Origin: a virus
DNA length: 64,000 nucleotides
Direction: 5' to 3' (one strand)
Virus record (IMG/VR): IMGVR_UViG_3300048548_000653
Span: 12,978-76,977 of that record
Under the pieces are notes generated by a model. That model ran no database searches. It saw only the letters and a program-made list of their open reading frames with translations, and was not told the DNA's origin. Positions 45,669 through 53,687 of the stretch are shown here, piece after piece; within the stretch, counting starts at the first letter, position 1, and each line of letters starts with the position of its first letter. Made by a program: the position numbers and the translations under genes.

Positions 45669-45751
45669 TTTAATCTCCTATGTTCTCTAATGACCACTCC
45701 ATTCTCTATGGAGTTTCTTATATTGTATTTAGTATATTGAGATAAAAACGG

Positions 45752-46621
45752 TTACTTACGGGCTTTTTTTGCACGATTATGCAATATTTTAAGTTGATCT
45801 ATATATGCAGGACCTGCTTTTACAATGTCGTGAACTATCATAACCAACGGAAAGTACGCTGATGCAATGCTTGCAGGTATTGTTTGACCTTTGCTGATCA
45901 TATTTAAAAAACGACTTACAAAAGGTAAACTGTTTACTGGCAGTATCAATCTATACATTTGTACGTCTGCCATACCCATTTTATCCGGTGTGCTTATTTT
46001 TGGTTCTGGATCAGTAGCATTAAAATCTTCTAAGTTATTATCACCAGCAAACTTGCTGAACATAGGCATAACATCACTATCACTTAATTTACTTCTAGCC
46101 GCAAACAATAAACGTGTAATGGTTGTTTTTCTTTCTGCTTGTGTGTCAGTGTTAAATGTATTCAGCCTTCTACGTATTTCTCTATATTGAGGATTAGATA
46201 TATCTAAATCGGATTCTATCAATGCTAATGCTTTAATGTCTTCCGGAGTAACACTATCGCCGCTTGCAAGACGTCTAAGGAAGCCATTTAGTTTTCCTAC
46301 ACTAATGACTGTAGTTTTTCTTAATTTTGCAGCTGAATCAAAATCTTTTAATTTTTTTAGAGCAGATTCATCACCCATTATAAAATAATAAAGATTGAAC
46401 AAATCTGTGCTGTCAATTCTAAAACGATTATATTCTCTAAACATTACAGTTTTGTATGCATATTTCATAGCATCAGTTTTATGTTTGCGATAAAAACGCA
46501 TAGCTTGTAAACAAAGGATTGTGAGGTATGCTTTTTCTTTACAGTCAGTGTAAGATAGCAAACGCTGATTTCTTGCATCACGAGTCATTCTTGACTCCTG
46601 TAAATCTTTTATGAAATTCAT
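45752..46621 (-). CDS. hypothetical phage protein
   Basis: MNFIKDLQESRM start; 289 aa. Confidence 0.6.
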   Translation of the reverse strand: MNFIKDLQESRMTRDARNQRLLSYTDCKEKAYLTILCLQAMRFYRKHKTDAMKYAYKTVMFREYNRFRIDSTDLFNLYYFIMGDESALKKLKDFDSAAKLRKTTVISVGKLNGFLRRLASGDSVTPEDIKALALIESDLDISNPQYREIRRRLNTFNTDTQAERKTTITRLLFAARSKLSDSDVMPMFSKFAGDNNLEDFNATDPEPKISTPDKMGMADVQMYRLILPVNSLPFVSRFLNMISKGQTIPASIASAYFPLVMIVHDIVKAGPAYIDQLKILHNRAKKARK

Positions 46622-46872
46622 CTTCGCTTGCTTTCTTTTATTTTTTCTACACCAACTTTAAATTTTTTACTACTACCAGCTTTGATGCTATTGATCAATC
46701 TTCTTTCAAGATCAATAGCTTGCTCAGTATCATATATTTTATGCACTTGTTCAAGTAGATTTACTGCACTATCAATAATGTTAGTGCCTGTAGTCTGAAT
46801 AAAATCATCACTGCGTTCTTCAACACGTAGATTACTTAATTCTTCTAATATACTTCTAGTGCGTTTTCTCAT
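46618..46872 (-). CDS. hypothetical phage protein
   Basis: MRKRTRSILEEL; TAAATA 4 nt upstream. Confidence 0.6.
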   Translation of the reverse strand: MRKRTRSILEELSNLRVEERSDDFIQTTGTNIIDSAVNLLEQVHKIYDTEQAIDLERRLINSIKAGSSKKFKVGVEKIKESKRR

Positions 46873-46879
46873 ACTGTAT

Positions 46880-47638
46880 TTATATCATTTTTTCTATGTT
46901 GGCAATATAGTTGACCATACTATGATCAGAGAAGCTATCAATGCCACCTTGCTTGATACCCATCCACATACCACGCCAGCGATCTTTTGTACGCTGCCAA
47001 GTTGTGAGTTTACGCTCTAAGCCGTGTGCATTCATATAATGTTCTGTGCCGTGATGCACATAACCCATAGCTCTTAATGGCACTCTAGTAACAATATCAT
47101 TATTGTTTACCCAACGATGATGTGCTACATTTAAACTACGACAGTAACCACGCCATCCTACTCTTGGCGAACCGTATGTGTACACTTCCTGTATATCTGG
47201 CATATCAACATCGCAGTTGCATCTACTAGCCATAATAGTTGTCATAGCAGCACCTAAACTATGTCCGCAAAACCAAATGTTCTTGTCTCGGTTAGTTTTA
47301 CGTGCTAGGTCTTCAGATACCATAGGCCATAGCTCATCTACTTCTGCTTTGAATCCTCTGTGTACTCTACTGACTGTTTCTGCTATCACTGGTGTTGCTT
47401 TCAAATCAGCCTTAATATCGTTAAACTCACTTGGTTGCGTTCCTCTACAAGCAATTACTAAATCTATCTTATTCATAAATCGATATGCCTGTGCTCCGTC
47501 TTTGTTGTAAAATTCTACTGTAGTAAACCCTAATTTTCTAACATCTTTTTTTACTTGGTCTATATTGTCATTGTATGCTATACTTGCTAGTTTTGCAAAT
47601 AGTAAACTTCGTTCCATAAATTTCATTTCTGTAATCAT
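46880..47638 (-). CDS. class 3 lipase
   Basis: CRGT, VHRGF, GHSLGAA, TYGSPRVG, NDIVTRVP, DH. Confidence 0.9.
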   Translation of the reverse strand: MITEMKFMERSLLFAKLASIAYNDNIDQVKKDVRKLGFTTVEFYNKDGAQAYRFMNKIDLVIACRGTQPSEFNDIKADLKATPVIAETVSRVHRGFKAEVDELWPMVSEDLARKTNRDKNIWFCGHSLGAAMTTIMASRCNCDVDMPDIQEVYTYGSPRVGWRGYCRSLNVAHHRWVNNNDIVTRVPLRAMGYVHHGTEHYMNAHGLERKLTTWQRTKDRWRGMWMGIKQGGIDSFSDHSMVNYIANIEKMI

Positions 47639-47656
47639 TTTGCCCTCCTAAATAAA

Positions 47657-48178
47657 TTACATCGGTGTGAACCTCACGTTTTCAATTACCCAGTCGATAG
47701 GTTCTTCATATGCAAATTGCAGCATATACCTATCGTGTTCATTGTTTGTTACACTATGAATCCACTCTCCTGTATTTAATATCACAGCGTTCTCTTTGTA
47801 ATAGTATGTATGCCTTTTTTCATCTGCATCAAAGAAGTCAACAGGAGCAAACACATCCAGTGACGGAGACAGATACCAACTTACACTGCTACTCTTTTTT
47901 GTGTATTGGACAAAGTCAATATGCCTTGGAACTGGGTCGTATGGCGGATTATGTAATAGATAAACATTGTGGGGAAGTATATTCACACATTTTAACAAAG
48001 GCTTCATATCAAGGTACGGAACGTTCCTACTAATGCCGTGCATAGTTCTTTCTTTGTCTTTTTTAGCGTACTGGCCGTATCTAGTATATGTTGCCTTTTT
48101 AGCAACCTTTAGCATTTTTTTCCTAAAGTCGTCTGTGATAAAATGTTTTAGTTCGTGCCAAAAAGGTCCTTGATGCAT
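47657..48178 (-). CDS. 2OG-Fe(II) oxygenase-like protein
   Basis: RHID...IHSVTN...RYMLQ. Confidence 0.6.
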   Translation of the reverse strand: MHQGPFWHELKHFITDDFRKKMLKVAKKATYTRYGQYAKKDKERTMHGISRNVPYLDMKPLLKCVNILPHNVYLLHNPPYDPVPRHIDFVQYTKKSSSVSWYLSPSLDVFAPVDFFDADEKRHTYYYKENAVILNTGEWIHSVTNNEHDRYMLQFAYEEPIDWVIENVRFTPM

Positions 48179-48213
48179 AATGTCCTCTCTACTTACTATT
48201 AATTATACAAAAT

Positions 48214-48242
48214 AAAAAAAATGGGTGCTAACCTTGGCACCC
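48214..48242 (-). terminator. Rho-independent terminator
   Basis: gggtgcca..tagcaccc followed by T8 on minus strand. Confidence 0.7.
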
Positions 48243-48279
48243 GGCGTGTGTATTACGTCACAACCCGACCCTATGGGTA

Positions 48280-49251
48280 TTAAAGGCCGTTAGGCACAAT
48301 AATATAATGGATCATCAACACAAGTGCAACACTTGCACCCAAGCCTACCATCATCTTACCAAAATCCTTTGCAACAAGTGGAAACACCGACTTGGTTTTC
48401 TTCTTGCCAAAGTATGTTGCCATTGCCAACTCACGACCTGCTAACAAACCAACAAATACCCAAGTTGTACTCATTGGAATGTCATTCAACTCTTTGAAGA
48501 AGTAAAGACACAACCAATAAAACAAGTCAATCAAGGTTGCACTTCTAACGTAGCGTGTGTTGTGTTTCTCTAGTACAATCTTTTGGATCTTACCACCACG
48601 TTCTCTAAACATAAAGAACAAGCCTGCAACAAACACAACGCTGACGAACACCATTAAGTCTGCTGGTACTTCACGTGGAAGAAACACTGCAATATTTGCA
48701 ACATCGTGTGACAACCAAGTGAACCACAATCCGCCTGTTGCTACCCATTGTGCAATACGCCAAAACTTTTTATTGCCTTCGCTCACTGGTTTTGTTTCGT
48801 CATACCACTTGCCAAAGTATTTGTGTATAGCAAACCATACTGCATAAGCAAATGCGGCTGCTACACCATAACCCATAATGCTTTTCATCAGCATCTTCTC
48901 TAGCACAAAGGTACTAGCAAACACTGACAGCACCAAGAAACTTGTGCTAACTGGCACACCCATCCTTGTAAGTGCTACAAGTATAGCAGGTGCGGCTGCG
49001 TGATACCATTGTACTTCTTGGAAAGGTATTTTGTTTAAGCGACCATAACTGATATCGCCTCCGTTCATATACCATCCATACCAGAGTGTATATAATAAAA
49101 CAGCCGAAGCGGCTGCCCATAATACTTTAAAGTTGAATCGCTCGTTGTTTGATGCCATCCAAGTACCGAGCGTTTGTACTGAATCGTTTGCTATAACTGC
49201 ATAGGCAGCTAGTAAGAAGCCAACAAGGCTCCATAGTGTGAGTAGTTCCAT
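48280..49251 (-). CDS. polytopic membrane transporter, PiT/Pho4-like
   Basis: about 10 TMs; duplicated ANDSVQ / HDVAN and PVSTS / PMSTT motifs resemble PiT signatures. Confidence 0.55.
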   Translation of the reverse strand: MELLTLWSLVGFLLAAYAVIANDSVQTLGTWMASNNERFNFKVLWAAASAVLLYTLWYGWYMNGGDISYGRLNKIPFQEVQWYHAAAPAILVALTRMGVPVSTSFLVLSVFASTFVLEKMLMKSIMGYGVAAAFAYAVWFAIHKYFGKWYDETKPVSEGNKKFWRIAQWVATGGLWFTWLSHDVANIAVFLPREVPADLMVFVSVVFVAGLFFMFRERGGKIQKIVLEKHNTRYVRSATLIDLFYWLCLYFFKELNDIPMSTTWVFVGLLAGRELAMATYFGKKKTKSVFPLVAKDFGKMMVGLGASVALVLMIHYIIVPNGL

Positions 49252-49294
49252 TTCGTTCTCCTTTGTTTGACGGCTTTACCCCGTCGCTCACAAA

Positions 49295-49335
49295 TGTAAC
49301 TTTTATAAGTTACAATTTTAATTATCATTTGTCAA
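49295..49335 (-). promoter_or_regulatory. promoter with overlapping palindromic operator
   Basis: TTGACA-17-TAACTT; TGTAACTT-N4-AAGTTACA at 49295-49314. Confidence 0.5.
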
Positions 49336-49450
49336 CCTGATCATAAATAAAACGGCCAGAAAAGAGAAGTTATTCACACCTTCGACCTGACACGTTGAAA
49401 AGACAACGGGCGTCCGCCATATAAGACAGCATTACATATTGGAGAAAACA

Positions 49451-49642
49451 ATGACAACTATAGCAAACCTGCTTGGTAGTGTAATGACTGCGGTCAGACT
49501 ACCAAGAAGAAAATCAGGATTGATGAAGATCAATCACAACCTTGAAACTTATGTTAAGACAGAATTTAACAAAGGTGATCAGGCATACGTCTTAGACTGT
49601 ATGCTACGTGGAGACACTCTCGACAGACGTAACATAATATAA
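49451..49642 (+). CDS. small hypothetical protein
   Basis: GGAG before ATG 49451. Confidence 0.6.
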   Translation: MTTIANLLGSVMTAVRLPRRKSGLMKINHNLETYVKTEFNKGDQAYVLDCMLRGDTLDRRNII

Positions 49643-49652
49643 ACTAAAATAG

Positions 49653-49681
49653 TAGGGCAGCTTCACAGTTGCCCTATTTTT
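49653..49681 (+). terminator. Rho-independent terminator
   Basis: tagggcagc..gttgcccta followed by T run. Confidence 0.7.
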
Positions 49682-49842
49682 CTGGGTGCGCAGATATGCA
49701 CAGTTGCATTGTACGCATATCGGGTTTTTGCTATTTGCACTTGTTTTTCACGGTTATACGTGTTAAATATAATTGTAGAAGGAGAAAAACTAACGCAAGT
49801 TAGACTCGGATCACACATACATATATAGATAGGAAAAAATAA

Positions 49843-50103
49843 ATGACTACTTTAGTAGCAAATACCTTTGAGATTGTTGGATTACACGGCATCGCCAACT
49901 TTTTCAAAAAACTAGGTGCCGAACTCAAAAGACGTAGACGCATTCGTCAAACAATTAACGAACTATCAAGACTTACAAACCACGAACTAAACGACATTGG
50001 TCTTAGTCGCGGAGACATTTGGTATGTTGCAAACCAGTCATACCCAAAAGCACTAAGTGGCGAAGCTGTAGAAGCAAACCGCAACTTGAGAGGTTGGGTA
50101 TAA
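49843..50103 (+). CDS. DUF1127 (YjiS-like) protein
   Basis: RRRRIRQTINELSRLTNHELNDIGLSRGDI; ends NRNLRGWV. Confidence 0.9.
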   Translation: MTTLVANTFEIVGLHGIANFFKKLGAELKRRRRIRQTINELSRLTNHELNDIGLSRGDIWYVANQSYPKALSGEAVEANRNLRGWV

Positions 50104-50294
50104 TGGAAGCAGTAGGAAACACCCCCGTACCAACACCAAAGTTTATCAAAACACTTGGCAAATATGTCGTTGCATTTGCAATGGGCGTATGGGCATTTGG
50201 TGAATCGGCAGGCAGAGCAAGAGCAGCCGCTGAACTATCACGCCAAGGCTACTACAAAGAAGCCAAAGCACTTATGTTGGATGACAACAGATGA
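50103..50294 (+). CDS. small protein, RAAAEL.R.GY motif
   Basis: TAATG coupling; [22 protein letters not shown]. Confidence 0.6.
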   Translation: MEAVGNTPVPTPKFIKTLGKYVVAFAMGVWAFGESAGRARAAAELSRQGYYKEAKALMLDDNR

Positions 50295-50512
50295 CAGGTG
50301 ATATAGCAACAATGGGCGCAATGATTGGCGCCGGACTAGCAACATTCGGAATGGGTGGCGCTGCCATCGCAGTAGGAATGATTGTTGGTAGTGTACTCAA
50401 AGTTATGCCTAAGAAGCCTGACAATGGTACAATGTTTGTCGGTGTTGCATTTGCAGAAGCATTAGGTATATTCGCATTCTTAGTAGCACTCCTACTAATG
50501 TTTGCTGTCTAA
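50291..50512 (+). CDS. atpE: F0F1 ATP synthase subunit c, atypical loop
   Basis: [16 protein letters not shown]; [20 protein letters not shown] with conserved Glu; RNP loop absent. Confidence 0.88.
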   Translation: MTGDIATMGAMIGAGLATFGMGGAAIAVGMIVGSVLKVMPKKPDNGTMFVGVAFAEALGIFAFLVALLLMFAV

Positions 50513-50733
50513 TGGTAGGCGATCAACACATAGAGATATCAGCACAGGTAGTACAGAAGCTAGGGTTTTATATGTTTGTAGTAATGACTTCATTGCTTAT
50601 TATATGTATAGCCTTTGGCTTCTACGCTGTGATTGATCAGTTCAAACAACCAAATTGGCAAGAAGCGTGTATCGCACAAGGCGGTGTACCAGTACAAATA
50701 GAAAAGTCAACATACGACTGCAAAGGAATATAA
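50512..50733 (+). CDS. small membrane protein
   Basis: single TM followed by CIAQGGVPV...C. Confidence 0.55.
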   Translation: MVGDQHIEISAQVVQKLGFYMFVVMTSLLIICIAFGFYAVIDQFKQPNWQEACIAQGGVPVQIEKSTYDCKGI

Positions 50734-50734
50734 T

Positions 50735-50869
50735 ATGTTTAAGAAGTTTATGAAAGCAATGGAATACAGAAGTTATTGTATGGCAATCAGGGAACTTAGA
50801 AGCAGAGGCTATTATAAAAAAGCTGAAGAAATCTCTGAGTACAAACACAAAATGTTTCCGACCTACTAA
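50735..50869 (+). CDS. small protein (44 aa; not in ORF track), similar to 50103..50294
   Basis: MFKKFMKAMEYRSYCMAIRELRSRGYYKKAEEI. Confidence 0.55.
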   Translation: MFKKFMKAMEYRSYCMAIRELRSRGYYKKAEEISEYKHKMFPTY

Positions 50870-50936
50870 TAGGTTGACAAACGCTAAATAATACGTTAGA
50901 TTAATAACACTACACACATACACATAGGAGAATATA

Positions 50937-51251
50937 ATGAGCGTAGACACAAAGTACGGCGAAGCCATCTTTAAACAAACACAGGAAGTTGCTGAAATGT
51001 TTAAAGCCGCAATGCCTAAAATCACAACTAATAAAAACGGTTACGAAATCCGCACCAAAGTGCTAGAAATGGCACAAAACAATGTATGGCAAGATTATCA
51101 CGCTAAACTAGGTGCATATGAAACCACTGTGAAAAAAGACGGAGACGAAGTTGTAACAACAATTTCTATTCCTGAAGTTCCTGGTGCCGAAGCGGTGCTA
51201 GAGGCAGCTGAAAAGTTTTATGGATTTGTAGGCGGTAAACCAACTAAATAA
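50937..51251 (+). CDS. conserved phage hypothetical protein
   Basis: NGYEIRTKVLEMA...VLEAAEKFYGFV; TTGACA-17-TAGATT promoter; AGGAG. Confidence 0.65.
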   Translation: MSVDTKYGEAIFKQTQEVAEMFKAAMPKITTNKNGYEIRTKVLEMAQNNVWQDYHAKLGAYETTVKKDGDEVVTTISIPEVPGAEAVLEAAEKFYGFVGGKPTK

Positions 51252-51338
51252 CGTATAGGACAACTAATTTCAAGTAGGCGGGCATAGCCCTTTTTAACAA
51301 GCACATTTTAGAAACGCCCTCGTAGGAAACTGCGGGGG

Positions 51339-51599
51339 CTAATCTATATCTAAAGCTCTTGGATTATCGCCGCCTGATGTTGCTGGGTACGATGCTTTAT
51401 CTTTGTGTAAATCATCGCCATCTGGATATCCTGCGTCAGTTGAACTAAGATATTTTTCATCTGGCGAATTGCTATGTTGTCTGTTTAGGTGAGAAAGTAT
51501 TTGTTTGAATCTACTAGGCGGTTCGCCTGGTACATCAATAACATTTGATTCTTGATCAAGGACATCCAATAAAGCTCGAATAATATCTTGTGCTCGCAT
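51339..51599 (-). CDS. hypothetical phage late protein
   Basis: TATAAATA and GGAG upstream. Confidence 0.55.
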   Translation of the reverse strand: MRAQDIIRALLDVLDQESNVIDVPGEPPSRFKQILSHLNRQHSNSPDEKYLSSTDAGYPDGDDLHKDKASYPATSGGDNPRALDID

Positions 51600-51650
51600 T
51601 TAATTTCTCCGTACAGTATTTATAATAAGTACAGCACGAAAGGATGACGT

Positions 51651-52067
51651 ATGAACATTAAAAAAATATTTTGGGCCGGTTGTGGTTTCCTATTATTGGG
51701 CATTGCTTACTTAGGAGTAATTCTACCTGGCCTACCTTGGAGTATCTTTGTAGTAATGGCTGCATACTGTTTTGCCAAGAGCAGCAAAAGAATGCACGAT
51801 TGGTTGTACAATCATAAACTGTTTGGTCCATTTTTAACAAACTGGAGTGAGAAGAAAGTATTTCCATTGAAGTTGAAATACTTTATGATCGCTACTATGG
51901 CAACCACTGTTGCATTTACTTACTTCGCAACAGGCAACGATAAGGCTGCTTTATGGACTGGTGGATTTATGATTCTTGTTGCTGTGTATTGCTGGAGATA
52001 TCCAAGCACTACTGAAGAGTATGATAGACGCAAGGCTGCTGGAGAAAAGATAGCCTGGTTTAAATAA
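51651..52067 (+). CDS. ybaN: YbaN/DUF454 inner-membrane protein
   Basis: GVILPGLP...AAYCFAKSSKRMHDWLYNHKLFGP. Confidence 0.85.
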   Translation: MNIKKIFWAGCGFLLLGIAYLGVILPGLPWSIFVVMAAYCFAKSSKRMHDWLYNHKLFGPFLTNWSEKKVFPLKLKYFMIATMATTVAFTYFATGNDKAALWTGGFMILVAVYCWRYPSTTEEYDRRKAAGEKIAWFK

Positions 52068-52071
52068 AAAG

Positions 52072-52103
52072 AAAAAAGGTAGAGGGGGTCTTCTCCCTCT
52101 ACC
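52072..52103. terminator. terminator between convergent genes
   Basis: ggtagaggg..ccctctacc with A run. Confidence 0.6.
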
Positions 52104-52112
52104 AATTGATGT

Positions 52113-52343
52113 TTACTTGTGTTGCCAGATGGCCCACAGTACCCACACAGCAATTAATCCCATAATTCCTTCTGAACCAAGCGAACCTAACATTGCTGTT
52201 ACGTTTGCCACTACACTCATTTCTGGCATAAATGGCATATTGCCTAGTCCTAGAACTTCTAAGATGATTGCAAGAGCTGCAATGCTAACACCAACGTTTG
52301 CTAATGCGCCTGCCCACTCTTTTACTTTATTAAGCATTTCCAT
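52113..52343 (-). CDS. small two-TM membrane protein
   Basis: AGGAGGT RBS; hydrophobic. Confidence 0.65.
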   Translation of the reverse strand: MEMLNKVKEWAGALANVGVSIAALAIILEVLGLGNMPFMPEMSVVANVTAMLGSLGSEGIMGLIAVWVLWAIWQHK

Positions 52344-52487
52344 TTGAAAATACCTCCTTCTTTTGTGCTACATTATGTAGCAGAGTATTTAAATATACAT
52401 CAGTATACTATTAAAACCCAACTAAACCGTAATACGATAGCTTAACCTACAAAAAGATAAATATTTTTTTAATTAACAGAGAGTTTA

Positions 52488-53687
52488 ATGATAGATTTAT
52501 CCCCGTTTGAAAAAGTAATTGATGACTTGAAGCAAGAAGGCAAGTATAGAATTTTCAATGATATACTGCGTGAACGTGGAGACTTTCCAAAAGCAATTTG
52601 GTATGGTCCGTATAATATTAAAAATATTGTAAACTGGTGCAGCAATGATTACTTAGGAATGGGACAACATAAAGTTGTAATAGATGCGATGCATACTGCA
52701 TTGGACCAAACAGGTGCTGGTTCAGGTGGTACAAGAAACATTGGTGGTACATCGCACTATCACGTTGCACTAGAATTTGAACTAGCGTCTTTGCATAGCA
52801 AGGAAAGGGCGTTGTTGTTCTCTAGTGCATTTGTCGCAAATGAATGGAGTCTAATTGCTTTAAGCAAAATCATTCCCAACATTGTGTTTTTGAGTGACTC
52901 AAAGAATCACGCAAGCCTCATACAGGGTATCCGACACAGTGGTGCTGATAAATTAGTATGGCAGCACAATGATATGGAGCAATTAGAGCAACGATTGGTC
53001 GAGAGTACCGCCAGCGGACAAGTCCCCTGCATTGTTTTCGAATCTATATATAGTATGGATGGCGATGTAAGCCCAATTGAAGCAATTTGCGACCTTGCCG
53101 ACCGTTATGGAGCAATAACTTATATCGACGAAGTCCACGCTGTAGGATTGTATGGAGAAGCTGGAGCAGGGTATTTAGAAAAATTGAATATTCAAGATAG
53201 AGTTGATATTGTAAACGGAACACTCGGCAAAGCATTTGGCATCACAGGAGGTTATATTGCCGGAAAAGGGGTAGTCATAGACGCTGTCCGGAGTGTGGCT
53301 AGTGGATTTATTTTTACTACGTCACTGTCACCTGTGCTTTGTGCTGGAGCGTTGGCTAGTATAAAGTATTTAAAAGACCACAACGAACTCCGCGAACAGC
53401 ATCAGGCTCAAGCAATGAAGTTAAAAACTAAATTGATTGAAGCTGGCGTGGAGGTTTTAGATAAAGCCTGTACTCATATCGTTCCTGTGATGATCCGTGA
53501 TGCCAAAGTATGCAAAGCAATCAGTGATTGTTTATTAGATGACCACGGCATCTATGTTCAACCAATCAACTATCCAACGGTTGCTGTGGGTGAGGAGCGT
53601 CTCCGTTTTGCTCCAACTCCACTTCATACTGACGCTATGATTGAAGAGTGTGTTATGGCAGTTACTAAATGTCTCAATTCACTGTAG
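52488..53687 (+). CDS. hemA: 5-aminolevulinate synthase
   Basis: WCSNDYLGM, GTRNIGG, DEVHAVGLYG, GTLGKAFG (PLP Lys), QPINYPTV, RFAPTP. Confidence 0.95.
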   Translation: MIDLSPFEKVIDDLKQEGKYRIFNDILRERGDFPKAIWYGPYNIKNIVNWCSNDYLGMGQHKVVIDAMHTALDQTGAGSGGTRNIGGTSHYHVALEFELASLHSKERALLFSSAFVANEWSLIALSKIIPNIVFLSDSKNHASLIQGIRHSGADKLVWQHNDMEQLEQRLVESTASGQVPCIVFESIYSMDGDVSPIEAICDLADRYGAITYIDEVHAVGLYGEAGAGYLEKLNIQDRVDIVNGTLGKAFGITGGYIAGKGVVIDAVRSVASGFIFTTSLSPVLCAGALASIKYLKDHNELREQHQAQAMKLKTKLIEAGVEVLDKACTHIVPVMIRDAKVCKAISDCLLDDHGIYVQPINYPTVAVGEERLRFAPTPLHTDAMIEECVMAVTKCLNSL

